A stretch of 62,882 nucleotides of DNA, counting the filler, from Octopus bimaculoides (taxonomy: Eukaryota), in assembly GCF_001194135.2 (NCBI RefSeq). It is 5 parts of 5 records of this genome, joined end to end, with 100 filler letters (N's around TTAATTAATTAA, not from the genome) between each part and the next. Parts side by side here need not be neighbours in the genome. Positions count along the whole stretch, not along the records: positions 35,029 to 58,938 come from NC_068982.1; positions 59,039 to 62,882 come from NC_069004.1; 3 more parts are not named here. One strand, given 5' to 3'. Below are positions 49,983 to 62,882 of the stretch, piece by piece; positions within the stretch are counted from its first letter, which is position 1, and each line of letters starts with the position of its first letter. The position numbers were made by a program, and so were the translations under genes. The notes beneath the pieces are model-generated. The model saw nothing but the letters and a program-made list of their open reading frames with translations. It was not told where the DNA came from and searched no databases.

Positions 49983-51298
49983 ATTTGGTTGCTATTTCTA
50001 GCAGGTTGAGCGACCACGTAGAGGCTTCTTAGTCCCGAGTCAAGACCGCTATTTGGTTGCAAGCAATTTCATTTCATCTACTCCAATAATATCCTTAGAA
50101 ATGTCATGAACTTCAAATCGCCATATTTTCCACCTCGTCGAATTGTAGATTAATCGACCTAATTAGAAGAAGCTAATATATCTTCATCTTTTATATTTTA
50201 CTTGCTTCAATCATTGGACTGCAGCCATACAGGAGAGGGTGGGGCTCTGCCTTGAAGGGTTTTCGTCGAACAGATCAACCCCAGCATTTATTTTTTAAAA
50301 GCCTGGTACTTATTCTATCAGTTTCTTTTGCCGAACCGCGCTATGCTACGGGAACGTCAACAAACCAACAATGATTGACTAGTGGTGGGGTGGGAAACAA
50401 ATACNNNNNNNNNNNNNNNNNNNNNNNNNNNNNNNNNNNNNNNNNNNNNNNNNNNNNNNNNNNNNNNNNNNNNNNNNNNNNNNNNNNNNNNNNNNNNNNN
50501 NNNNNNNNNNNNNNNNNNNNNNNNNNNNNNNNNNNNNNNNNNNNNNNNNNNNNNNNNNNNNNNNNNNNNNNNNNNNNNNNNNNNNNNNNNNNNNNNNNNN
50601 NNNNNNNNNNNNNNNNNNNNNNNNNNNNNNNNNNNNNNNNNNNNNNNNNNNNNNNNNNNNNNNNNNNNNNNNNNNNNNNNNNNNNNNNNNNNNNNNNNNN
50701 NNNNNNNNNNNNNNNNNNNNNNNNNNNNNNNNNNNNNNNNNNNNNNNNNNNNNNNNNNNNNNNNNNNNNNNNNNNNNNNNNNNNNNNNNNNNNNNNNNNN
50801 NNNNNNNNNNNNNNNNNNNNNNNNNNNNNNNNNNNNNNNNNNNNNNNNNNNNNNNNNNNNNNNNNNNNNNNNNNNNNNNNNNNNNNNNNNNNNNNNNNNN
50901 NNNNNNNNNNNNNNNNNNNNNNNNNNNNNNNNNNNNNNNNNNNNNNNNNNNNNNNNNNNNNNNNNNNNNNNNNNNNNNNNNNNNNNNNNNNNNNNNNNNN
51001 NNNNNNNNNNNNNNNNNNNNNNNNNNNNNNNNNNNNNNNNNNNNNNNNNNNNNNNNNNNNNNNNNNNNNNNNNNNNNNNNNNNNNNNNNNNNNNNNNNNN
51101 NNNNNNNNNNNNNNNNNNNNNNNNNNNNNNNNNNNNNNNNNNNNNNNNNNNNNNNNNNNNNNNNNNNNNNNNNNNNNNNNNNNNNNNNNNNNNNNNNNNN
51201 NNNNNNNNNNNNNNNNNNNNNNNNNNNNNNNNNNNNNNNNNNNNNNNNNNNNNNNNNNNNNNNNNNNNNNNNNNNNNNNNNNNNNNNNNNNNNNNNNN

Positions 51299-51341
<43 letters not shown>

Positions 51342-51369
51342 GAGAGAGAAAGAGAAAGTGGAAACAGCA

Positions 51370-52520
51370 TTGACGGAATGTCAATCAGCCGAATGGCTCT
51401 TCTCCACTTGCAATCCAGAAAGTCAGTGTGCGTGCCAGTGGCACCATCGCAGATGTAAACGCAGTACTCATTGTAGGTCTCACTTGTACCTTGTAGTGTC
51501 AACAGCTGAAATGTATTCTGGTTATATTTTCTGGGATGCGGTCCTAGCTATGCTAAAGTTGTGCTTTCCTCGGTAATAGTGAAACCCAGCATTTGGAGCA
51601 AAGGTGAAGGGTCGAGTCGAAGGGTCGAGTCGAAGGGATGAGGTGTTTTCTTAATGTAAGTAGTGCTTGAGCATTTTTGAAAGTTAAGAGATAAAGTACG
51701 TATGACTCCGTAGGAGATTGCTCCGTTTATGGAATTAATACAGATCTGGCGTGTGATATTTAGGTTGCATGTAAATGTTGTTGTTGGCACTCCGTCGCTT
51801 ACGACGTCGAGGGTTCCAGTTGATCCGATCAATGGAACAGCCTGCTCGGGAAATTAACTTGCAAGTGGCTGAGCACTCCACAGACACGTGCACCCTTAAC
51901 GTAGTTCTCGGGGGTATTCAGCCTGACACAGTGTGACAAGGCTGACCCTTTGAATTACAGGCACAACAAAAACAGGAAGTAAGAGTGAGAGAAAGTTGTG
52001 GTGAAAGAATACAGCAGGGTTCGCCACCATCCCCTGCCGGAGCCTTGTGGAGCTTTAGGTGTTTTCACTCAATAAACACTCACAACGCCCGGTCTAGGAA
52101 TCGAAACCGCGATCTTATGACCGCGAGTCCGCTGCTCTAACCACTGGGCCATTGCGCCTCCACTGCATGTAAATAATGCATGGTTAAGAATGAAGGATCC
52201 TGTCATTTGCATAAAAGGTGCTGTCGGATTTGGTGGAAAGTAGGTCATTGATGTATCGAAGAAAGAGAGTCAGGGTCAATACCGAAGTCTACCGAACGCA
52301 AGAGTTGATTGAAAATGCAACAGAATGAGCTCCGTCAACATATGCTGAAATGGCGCGATCTGATCCAAGAGATAAGAGATAAGCTACCAATCCAAGAGAT
52401 AAGAAATAGATGGCGAGTAGAAGTATGTTGTAAAGTTGGTAGAGGTTCTCTAGACAAGGGATCAGTTTGTAGGTCATACGATGTACAAATGTATCAGTTA
52501 ATTCTACCGATGGTTGTCTC
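51370..52520 (-). mobile_element. Degraded CR1/Jockey-group LINE RT fragment, split by a SINE at 51777-52163
   Basis: Minus-strand translation SDRAISAYVDG...SVLTLTLFLRYINDLL...FYAND resembles GVPQGSVL.PTLFL.FINDLL..YADD. Beyond the SINE it reads EYCVYICDGA...LDCKWRRAIRLID. Confidence 0.72.
51777..52163 (-). mobile_element. Full-length tRNA-derived SINE (family C) with 11-bp TSD
   Basis: Head GTGGAGGCGCAATGGCCCAGTGGTTAGAGC (A box) and GGTTTCGATTCC (B box), (CAA)n tail. TSD TGCATGTAAAT at 51766-51776 and 52164-52174. Confidence 0.88.
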
Positions 52521-53649
52521 GTAGTTGTTGCAGGAGTGGATAAACACCTTGCAGTTTGCTGATAGAGAGTGATTCCCTCCAAGTGCTGTGTATAGGGTTC
52601 ATCACTCGAGGTTAAGAGTTGAGGGATTTATTTAAGGGGTTTGAAGGATGTGGATGAACACACTTAAAAACAATAGTATAAGTTATCTGCTTAGCTAAAG
52701 GTGGTCAGCATACATTAATGAAACTGTAACCTGAACTACGAAAGGTTTCGAGGAGAGCACGGCGTGCAACAAGGTGATGTGAAGTGGGTTGCCTTAATCA
52801 AGCTCAAAAGGTAAAGATTAGATGATTTCATCGACCAGAGACGGCCATTTATGAACAAATGGGTGGAAAACGTTGAATTTGGGACTGTGCCGAATAATTT
52901 CTCTGAAATAAAGCAATCTTTCATCTATGATGACCCATCAAATGCTACAACTGATATAATTAAGTCCAGACATACCATAGGCTAGGTAGCGTTTGACATT
53001 ATATTAATTGTCGTCTTATGTACAAGGGACGCGATATTGAAAGGGGCAACTAAATTTTAGTAATTATATAAACGGTAACTAAAAATTTAACATGAAACAA
53101 ATTTACACTATACACAACTGTTCTTTAATGAAGATTAAATTATTGCTATTTTAGCATGTTTGAAGACTTCATGCAAAGCAGAGCACAGGAAAGTGTAAAA
53201 TCAATATGACACTAAAAAAACAATAGAATGAGATAAGGGAAATAATTCAAATGAGTCAATGGTGTGAATTTGTATAAATAAATTAAGGAATCATACATTA
53301 AACACTGGATGCAAGGCATTCTTAGTTGACTGAAATTTCCTTTTTAGCTGGAGAAAGAAAACAAAGGCCTAGTGACAGTTTTAGTGACTTCTAAAGAAAA
53401 AGAGATAATTTTAAAAAAGATTAAGGATTAATAAGTCAAAGTTTATTTATATGCTCAGGAAAAAGGGTGATATTTGTTTGCAGGCAAGGGACAACTAAAG
53501 ATATGTTTTTGTCTTGTAGACTTAAGCCTTTAAGATAAGTTGACAGTTTTTTTAAATACAGAAAAAGAGTTGGTGAAAATTTTGTGTTGTAAATTAGTTT
53601 GATGTAAGAGCATGCATGTCATTTTCTTGTGCTTTACCGATTCTTTCTA

Positions 53650-55300
53650 TTTACCTTCCTAAATAAATATTGGAAAATACCTTGAATCCGGTTGAGTCGT
53701 TGGATGCAAGGTTTGTTTTTTGTTAGAGGAAACATTCTGGTCTTGTTGAATAAGAGTGAGCCCCTGCTGGCAGTTGATGTTGAGGTGCTCCCCAAGGTCA
53801 GTCCTACTCAAGCAGTTTTATGGTATACAGGTTGTCGGTCGAAGTGCGACTCACAAATCAATTTTCTCAGTGATACTACGTCTTCTTATGAGGCTCACAC
53901 TACGCACGTCTACATGCAGTGAAGAATAGCATGAAGTGCAGCGTGTGAACATATGTGAACATATTGCATTCTCTTCAATGTTTAGTCTATTCCTCTTCAC
54001 ACAAAATTATAGTGGTGGCCACAGTGGAGGTGAACGAGGTAGTGATTGCTACTCTGTACTTATAGCTGGTAGTGTGCATTGTATATTACAACGTAGCAAG
54101 GTCAGTGAAGCTGTTGATGTTGCCTGTTTCTGTGTGTATGTGTTCATTATGCTTGAGTGAGAGTGAGAGTGCTTCTAGAAAGATTTTTATACATGTATCT
54201 GTATGTTTGGAAGGCATTTAATGTAGTGGTAGCGATTGGTTGGTTGAGCTACAACAAACTGTACCAGTCCAGGAGGTCTATTATTTTTAGTATTTTTTTG
54301 TTGTTGTGTAAGTGGCCAGTAGGTGTGGTGCGCTGTTTTGTGACGTGTAGTGCACTGTTTGGTCTTCTTTGAGTTTGTTGTGCTTTGTTGTAAAGAAAAC
54401 GGGGGCTCAGGCAGACCTGACGCAGTCCGTGATTTAATATGTTGCTAGTATACCATTGTTGTTGCGTCTTTCTGTTATGAAATGACACCTTAACTATGCT
54501 TGTGCATAGTCTTGAGTTCTTTATTATGTCTTCTATGTGTTGCAAATGTTGTGGAGGACTTGTATGTAATTCCTAATATTTTTGTCTTCTGCGTGTGTGG
54601 TGCGCGCGAATATGTATACTGTCGAGTGAGGTAGTTGGTTGTATTTGATTTAATTTATGCCCTAATTTGAATCTGTTGAGGAATCATGTTTCTGGGTGAT
54701 TTAAATAGACTCGGAGTGGTTGTAGAACAGTGCCTGGAAGATGGTGGGACAATGTGTGATATCATTTGTCTATGAGAGGCTGTATCTATGTTTTGCGGTG
54801 GTGTAGGCATAAAGTGAAAATTGTAAGTGAACGGACAGATCCCCGTGGTACACTATTAGGGGATTTGCAGGTTCTGAAGTTTGGTGCACTGCATAGGTTT
54901 GGTAGCCTAAGAAATTGCTTGGTAGAGTTGTATGTTATTTCCTAAGGTGGTGTTGAGTATTTTTTGTAAGAGCGAAGAGCGGGGAACAGAGTCGAAAGCT
55001 TTACTGCTGAGTTGATGATAGAATGACACGTGTAGGAAGTGTTACCGAATCCATCGTATATTTTCCATCACATTTGTAAATAGTGTAGTGATCGATTGTA
55101 GCTGTCTGGCTGGATTGTAGTTGTGATTTGACGCTGAATTAAACCACAACACGAAATAGTTAGAGATGTTAGGAATTAACTTATCTAGAGTTTTTGAGGG
55201 TGTGTATAAGATGATGGATCTCCAAAACTAGCTTCAAGAGGGATTTTGTTACGTTTAGAAGATTCAGTTTTGTCCAGCTTCTTGATTCTGGAAATTTAAA
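53650..55300 (-). mobile_element. Degraded Jockey/I-group LINE RT region; may extend 5' to about 58470
   Basis: Minus-strand KAFDSVP (55002-54982), NSVPRGSV (~54850-54834) and KILGITY. No long ORF. The extension to 58470 is tentative. Confidence 0.6.
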
Positions 55301-55426
55301 AAAATGCTAGGTCGATAAGTTTTACGTGTATGTTTGTGATTTTGTCTGGCCCTGGGTATTTGGGAGTTTTAAAATCTCCTTACTGATTTATGAGGTAACA
55401 GAAGAAATTCATAACCAAGGTGGAAG

Positions 55427-55478
<52 letters not shown>

Positions 55479-56569
55479 ATATATATTTATTCTTGTCTCC
55501 GTTTTGGGAAGCTGACTTTTCGAGAAATATCTCGAAAGTGCATTTTGCTGATGCTGCAATGTGGATATAGTTTCCGATGTTCTTGTTGAGGCATGTGGTG
55601 CGACAGGTATTGCTGATGCTGCCAAATATTCTATACACTATTTTACTGTTAGTTTTTTTTACATATATTGGATACAAGTGTTTGCCAGTTTTCTATTTTG
55701 CTATGATTTATTTTTTTTATTTCCTTGTTTAGTTCGAGGCTGACTTTTGGTACAGTGTAGTTTTGTTGTATCGTGTTTGAGGTTCTTTCTGGTTTTAATG
55801 AGGCTTATTTCTGGTGTGTAATTATTAATGTTTCCTTATGGGGTGTATATAGTTTTAAATACATCAAGAATTATTTTGTAGATTCCATTTCTTGGATTTC
55901 ATTTCTTGGTGGAACTCATTGTATTGTACATCTCTTAATTTTCACTCTGTTCATTCGTATACGAGTGTTTTGTGATGATAATTGGTAGGTGATCAGAAGA
56001 GAAAAGCTGCCGAGGAATTTTTGCCCACTAGCTGTAGTAGTAGTAGTAGTAGCAACAGCAGCAGCAGTAGCAGCAGCGGCTAGGTGTGGAGAGGATAATG
56101 TCATGCCTAGAGAAGAGTTTTGGCGAGATATGTGTACGTGTATTGGTGTGGATTGTTTACCACGTAAAGAGAGTGTGCTTTGCGTCTCTACACGTCACCT
56201 CATCGGTACCATTCTAATACCCGGAGGTGTTAAGTACATTGACGTTTCCCTCAATAAATGCGTTTGTGAGAGAGTTAACGTACTACAACTGGCCTTGTTA
56301 CTTGGCAGGAAAGTTGATGAGAACTGGTGTGTGCGTGCATGTATGCATGTATGTATGTATGTATGTATGTATGTATGTATGTATTCGTTTACTTGTTTCA
56401 GTCATTTGACTGCAGCCATTCTGGAGCACTGTATCTTTATATATATATATCTATATCAGTTAGGCGCGAATTTGCAATTGACCCGCTGACCGATAACTGT
56501 TGAGGAGTTGGCGTCCATCTATGCTTGTTTCCCGTTTGCTTGTGCATTTATTATGTTTTTTTTTAAAAC

Positions 56570-56600
<31 letters not shown>

Positions 56601-57595
56601 NNNNNNNNNNNNNNNNNNNNNNNNNNNNNNNNNNNNNNNNNNNNNNNNNNNNNNNNNNNNNNNNNNNNNNNNNNNNNNNNNNNNNNNNNNNNNNNNNNNN
56701 NNNNNNNNNNNNNNNNNNNNNNNNNNNNNNNNNNNNNNNNNNNNNNNNNNNNNNNNNNNNNNNNNNNNNNNNNNNNNNNNNNNNNNNNNNNNNNNNNNNN
56801 NNNNNNNNNNNNNNNNNNNNNNNNNNNNNNNNNNNNNNNNNNNNNNNNNNNNNNNNNNNNNNNNNNNNNNNNNNNNNNNNNNNNNNNNNNNNNNNNNNNN
56901 NNNNNNNNNNNNNNNNNNNNNNNNNNNNNNNNNNNNNNNNNNNNNNNNNNNNNNNNNNNNNNNNNNNNNNNNNNNNNNNNNNNNNNNNNNNNNNNNNNNN
57001 NNNNNNNNNNNNNNNNNNNNNNNNNNNNNNNNNNNNNNNNNNNNNNNNNNNNNNNNNNNNNNNNNNNNNNNNNNNNNNNNNNNNNNNNNNNNNNNNNNNN
57101 NNNNNNNNNNNNNNNNNNNNNNNNNNNNNNNNNNNNNNNNNNNNNNNNNNNNNNNNNNNNNNNNNNNNNNNNNNNNNTATGTATGAATGTATGTATGTAT
57201 GTATATATACATACATACATGCAGGGTTTTATGTATGTTATAAGATCACTCTTGTTACAGAAGGGTCTACCTAATCTGGTTTGAGTTGAATTCAGAAGAA
57301 AGTGAGTTGTGTACTTTGGTTGTATGATCCCTAAATTATTGGAACATTGTCATGAATGATGATAAAAATCTTTTAGTTCCATGGGATTTTATTTTAATGT
57401 CTTTAGCGTTTTATTGTAGAATTTTTATAACTTTTGTGTAACACCTGCGAAGTTTGCAGTGTGTAGGAACATTTATTTTCAAATGATTTCTCTATGGACG
57501 TATGACCGAAGAAAGGGAGATAACTAATTCTTGCTTTTTACCCATGCTTGCTGATACTAGTACTTTGTGTTTTATCAGTTGTATTTCCTCTTTTG

Positions 57596-57981
57596 GTGGA
57601 GGCACAATGGCCCAGTGCTTAGGGCAGCGGACTCGCGGTCATAGGATCGCGGTTTCGATTCCCAAACCGGGCGTTGTGAGTGTTTATTGAACGAAAACAC
57701 CTAAAGTTCCACGAGGCTCCGGCAGGGGATGGTGGCGAACACTGCTGTACTCTTTCACCACAACTTTCTCTCAGTCTTACTTCCTGTTTCTGTTGTACCT
57801 GTAATTCAAAGGGTCAGCCTTGTCACACTGTGTCACGCTGAATATCCCCGAGAACTACGTTAAGGTTACACGTGTTTGTGGAGTGCTCAGCCACGTGCAC
57901 GTTAATTTCACGAGCAGGCTGTTCCGTTGGTCGAATCAACTGGAACCCTCGACGTCGTAAGCGACGGAGTGCCAACACACA
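57596..57981 (+). mobile_element. Full-length tRNA-derived SINE (family C) with 11-bp TSD
   Basis: Same sequence family as 51777-52163. TSD TTCCTCTTTTG at 57585-57595 and 57982-57992. Confidence 0.88.
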
Positions 57982-58780
57982 TTCCTCTTTTGACACGCGT
58001 ATTTTTCAGATTCTTTGATTAACATTGTTCGGTGGTGTTTACAAGAGTATTTTTAAAAAATTGTAAAACACTTTTAATAGGATTTAAGGGACTGTTTCGT
58101 GTATAGTTGTAGCGTCTACCATTCTCAGATGTTCGCGCGTGACGTGAGAGACATTTCTGTGCCGAATATATCGTTTAACTCATTCTACCTGTGAGCACTC
58201 TGGATTATTTTCTTGCATATTATATTCACAATTAGTTTATCCTGTATATTTACAACATCTTTAAGGCAGTAGGGTGGTGCTTTTGGAAAATTTGGCAAAA
58301 GCCTCTTACAGGTCAAGCGATCCCTGGAGGTTTCCTCGCTAGCTCAATTCGTTGGCAGTGCAAGTTCAGAGGCGTAGCATGAGTGGAGTGTGAGGAACGA
58401 GGAGGCAGACGTCCCCGGACTCGTGTGTGAAGCAGTACAAGCTTCCCTCTTGTTTATAAAGCTTGTTAATTAAGGTGAAGGCAGCGCTGGTGGAGCGTTC
58501 TACTCTTATCAGTGAGTGCATTGTTTGATGGACTATGGTAAATATTTCTATGAACGTTCGGTCGACCTAACGGTAAAATGACTGAATACTCAACAAACAC
58601 ATGTACCCTTGATGTAATTCTTAAACAGAATCAGTGTAACTCAAATGCAACTAGGCTGAGCTTTTGAATTACAGATAGACTCCATCCAACGGGTTTCTGC
58701 AAAGTTTCCTTTTAACTAAAATCAATATGCAAGCTTGAGTCCAATATGTCACATTCATATTCATATTCGCTGGTTCATAT

Positions 58781-58818
<38 letters not shown>

Positions 58819-59220
58819 TCATATATGTAAGTGTGTGCGTGCATGTATGGGCCTGCTTTTATACACACCCAGTATACATATGTTGCAAATTTGTGTATGT
58901 AGATGTACATGTAAACATATGTGTGTATTAAGCATAATNNNNNNNNNNNNNNNNNNNNNNNNNNNNNNNNNNNNNNNNNNNNTTAATTAATTAANNNNNN
59001 NNNNNNNNNNNNNNNNNNNNNNNNNNNNNNNNNNNNNNTATATATATATATCAACATACTCTTGTACATACATTCATATATACCAGCACATGCAGTTGAT
59101 GTCTATATATCTAATTAAACACAAGCGTACATACGCACTCATGAGTCTGTGTGCATATGTATGCGTTTTAACTTTCTTCATTGCTTAGAAGTGCCGGCAC
59201 AACACACATGCACAAACACA

Positions 59221-59275
<55 letters not shown>

Positions 59276-59509
59276 GTATACTCACACACGTGTGTCATAC
59301 ATTTTTCTATATAGATCTTCCGCCAAGTAAACATGACCTTACATTACATAAACATACTTGTTTATTTGTATATAAATTCTCACAATTAAGTTAAATATAT
59401 ATGCATATATTTCACATTTTTTTTGTATTTCGATATTTCTCACCTACCTACCTACCTACCTACCTACCTACCTACTTACCTATCTCTATCTATCATATCT
59501 CTATGCCTG

Positions 59510-59556
<47 letters not shown>

Positions 59557-59947
59557 NNNNNNNNNNNNNNNNNNNNNNNNNNNNNNNNNNNNNNNNNNNN
59601 NNNNNNNNNNNNNNNNNNNNNNNNNNNNNNNNNNNNNNNNNNNNNNNNNNNNNNNNNNNNNNNNNNNNNNNNNNNNNNNNNNNNNNNNNNNNNNNNNNNN
59701 NNNNNNNNNNNNNNNNNNNNNNNNNNNNNNNNNNNNNNNNNNNNNNNNNNNNNNNNNNNNNNNNNNNNNNNNNNNNNNNNNNNNNNNNNNNNNNNNNNNN
59801 NNNNNNNNNNNNNNNNNNNNNNNNNNNNNNNNNNNNNNNNNNNNNNNNNNNNNNNNNNNNNNNNNNNNNNNNNNNNNNNNNNNNNNNNNNNNNNNNNNNN
59901 NNNNNNNNNNNNNNNNNNNNNNNNNNNNNNNNNNNNNNNNNNNNNNN

Positions 59948-60002
<55 letters not shown>

Positions 60003-60964
60003 CATACACATATATTATATACATATAATTGCTATGTCATATATATATACATATTTGTATGTGTGTGTGTATAGATATGCATATCTATATAATTATTATA
60101 TATGTTTATGTATGCTTCTCTCTCTCTCACTCTCTCCCTCTCTGTATGTATGTGTGTATGTCTGTGTCTGTGTGTGTCTGTGTGTACCTGCGTGCATGTG
60201 TATGTTCGTATAAAGATATTCCGCTATCTAAACCTGGCATGACTTCATTTAATCATAGTTTTCTCTTCATCAGTAAATTATCAGTTTATTTAAATATATA
60301 TTTACCAATTCGTTTTCTAATATTTATCATACCCATACATACACATTCGTGTACGTACATATATGCATACACTCTCATAAACTCATATATGTGTGTGTGT
60401 GTGTGTGTGTGTCCATGCTTGAATGTTTGTACGTATTTATGCATGTATGTATGTATGTATGTATGTATGTATGTATGTATGTATGTAGATGCAAACAGGA
60501 AAAATAGAACTCAAATATGAGTGTATATATATTTTTATTAATATTTAGCAGAAGTAACAGAGTGACTAAAGGCCTGGGTGTTTCATGCGTTCATATTTAT
60601 TGATATGTCTCAACCCACGAAACAAGGAAAAAAATGAAAGAATAAAAGGTACAACTATAGCTAACTTTTACATTGTTTTCATTGAGCAGCTTATGATACG
60701 TATAACTGTGATAGACATGTATTAAAATCCATGACAAAACTGTGTTAAACGCCATATTTCTGTTAAGGGACGGTCGAACTGGACCAGATTATTTCCGCTT
60801 CTTGAGTTGTAACGTCCTTAGTTCTGTCCAAGCCGTGGAACTGAAGTTCTGTTGATGGAATTTATGTCAAAAACCGCCAAAGGGATAATACATGTACATA
60901 GACTTTAAATATCCAGACATGTCACGCACGAAATATCGCGATGGTTGCACTCTGATTCTATTCT

Positions 60965-61014
<50 letters not shown>

Positions 61015-61082
61015 NNNNNNNNNNNNNNNNNNNNNNNNNNNNNNNNNNNNNNNNNNNNNNNNNNNNNNNNNNNNNNNNNNNN

Positions 61083-61151
<69 letters not shown>

Positions 61152-61232
61152 GTTTGTCTGTCTGCCTGTCTGACTGTATGTACGTATGTATGTAGGTATG
61201 TATATTTATATATCAATCTTGCTTTCTGTGTC

Positions 61233-61293
<61 letters not shown>

Positions 61294-62139
61294 CATCCTT
61301 CTACCTATCTATCTTTNNNNNNNNNNNNNNNNNNNNNNNNNNNNNNNNNNNNNNNNNNNNNNNNNNNNNNNNNNNNNNNNNNNNNNNNNNNNNNNNNNNN
61401 NNNNNNNNNNNNNNNNNNNNNNNNNNNNNNNNNNNNNNNNNNNNNNNNNNNNNNNNNNNNNNNNNNNNNNNNNNNNNNNNNNNNNNNNNNNNNNNNNNNN
61501 NNNNNNNNNNNNNNNNNNNNNNNNNNNNNNNNNNNNNNNNNNNNNNNNNNNNNNNNNNNNNNNNNNNNNNNNNNNNNNNNNNNNNNNNNNNNNNNNNNNN
61601 NNNNNNNNNNNNNNNNNNNNNNNNNNNNNNNNNNNNNNNNNNNNNNNNNNNNNNNNNNNNNNNNNNNNNNNNNNNNNNNNNNNNNNNNNNNNNNNNNNNN
61701 NNNNNNNNNNNNNNNNNNNNNNNNNNNNNNNNNNNNNNNNNNNNNNNNNNNNNNNNNNNNNNNNNNNNNNNNNNNNNNNNNNNNNNNNNNNNNNNNNNNN
61801 NNNNNNNNNNNNNNNNNNNNNNNNNNNNNNNNNNNNNNNNNNNNNNNNNNNNNNNNNNNNNNNNNNNNNNNNNNNNNNNNNNNNNNNNNNNNNNNNNNNN
61901 NNNNNNNNNNNNNNNNNNNNNNNNNNNNNNNNNNNNNNNNNNNNNNNNNNNNNNNNNNNNNNNNNNNNNNNNNNNNNNNNNNNNNNNNNNNNNNNNNNNN
62001 NNNNNNNNNNNNNNNNNNNNNNNNNNNNNNNNNNNNNNNNNNNNNNNNNNNNNNNNNNNNNNNNNNNNNNNNNNNNNNNNNNNNNNNNNNNNNNNNNNNN
62101 NNNNNNNNNNNNNNNNNNNNNNNNNNNNNNNNNNNNNNN

Positions 62140-62172
<33 letters not shown>

Positions 62173-62446
62173 TATATATATATATATATCAACGGGCATA
62201 TATATATATATATATCAACGGGCTTCTTTCAGTCTCCGTCTACTAGATCCACTTACAAGCCCGAAGCTATAGTAGAAGGCAGTTGTCCGGAACTGAACCC
62301 GGTACCACGTGGTTAGGAAGCAAGATTCTTACCACGTAAACGCGCGCGCACACGCACAGACACACATGTCTCTGTATATGCATGTACATACATACACACA
62401 GACACACATAGACACATGCGTAGATATGTATTCCAGTATTCCTCTT

Positions 62447-62477
<31 letters not shown>

Positions 62478-62882
62478 GCCCTCCTCCTCCTCCCCACCTT
62501 CCGTTGTCTTCTCTTTACGCCTACTTTTCCCCTCCAGCATAAACACAATTACTCTTCATCCCACACACTCACACTCACACACACTCACACACATTCTCTT
62601 ATTCCCTTTTCTTCGTCTTTCTTCTTCTTCCTCTGTTCTTCTTCTTCTCTCTTGTTGTTCGTCTACTTCTTCAATTCTCCTTCCTCTTCTTCCTCGTTGT
62701 CCTGTCCTCCTCCTCCTCCTCCTCCTCCTTCTCATTCTTCTCTCTTCTCCTCCTCCGTCTTCTTCTCCTCCTTCTCCTCTTCCTCCTCCTCCTTCTCCTT
62801 CTTCTCTCTTCTCCATCTTCTTCTCCTCCTTCTCCCCCTCCCCCTTATTCTTTGTCTTGTTGTTCTTCTTTCTCCCCCATAC

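Larger units (their letters stand above)
1..62882. repeat. Pervasive microsatellites: (AG)n, (AC)n, (AT)n, (TATG)n, (TCTA)n, (TAA)n and (CTA)n; most N gaps are bordered by them
   Basis: Examples: (AG)n 104-186, (AC)n 6150-6260, (TAGA)n 13206-13272, (TA)n 45150-45211, (TCTA)n 61236-61290, TC-rich 62600-62880. Confidence 0.98.

Noticed and set aside
50082-50158. Possible extra minus-strand exon (GRLIYNSTRWKIWRFEVHDISKDIIG, phase 1/0, compatible with exon D)
   Set aside because: Weak donor (GTAGAT), short, and wedged between SINEs, so chance is plausible; worth checking only if exon D is confirmed.
52736-52985. Short open frames on both strands in unique-looking sequence
   Set aside because: About 60 codons, no recognisable motif, no consistent splice sites, and located between LINE remnants.
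57596-57675. tRNA gene
   Set aside because: The A and B boxes belong to a SINE head: no complete cloverleaf, and it continues into a repeated body with a TSD.
14-62816. Dozens of ORFs made of HT/CV/YI/SL/ER/II repeats or X runs
   Set aside because: They are translations of microsatellites and N gaps, not genes.

Overview
Gappy eukaryotic scaffold, extremely rich in microsatellites. The repeat landscape looks like octopus/coleoid cephalopod DNA (inference from the SINE types and simple-repeat density). Most of the ORF track is microsatellite or N-gap artefact. The one securely identifiable gene is a Pax1/9 (Pax9/Pox meso class) coding exon on the + strand at 26011-26867, encoding a paired domain, a poly-Asn tract and the octapeptide HSVSDILG. 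Reading the - strand by hand shows an ATG-less terminal coding exon of 100 codons at 16598-16902, which the ORF track misses. It also shows further splice-bounded candidate exons at 41081-41134, 47458-47560 and 48812-48982, which would place Pax1/9 inside an intron of an unknown antisense gene. Four artificial 100-bp scaffold spacers (N44-TTAATTAATTAA-N44) make that long-range order uncertain. Mobile elements include a decayed near-full-length RTE LINE, three fragments of R4/Dong-like elements (two next to (TAA)n arrays), two degraded CR1/Jockey-group RT remnants, four tRNA-derived SINE types (two copies with 11-bp TSDs), a TA-flanked foldback MITE, and a decayed hammerhead-ribozyme-like motif beside a near-perfect 67-nt hairpin.
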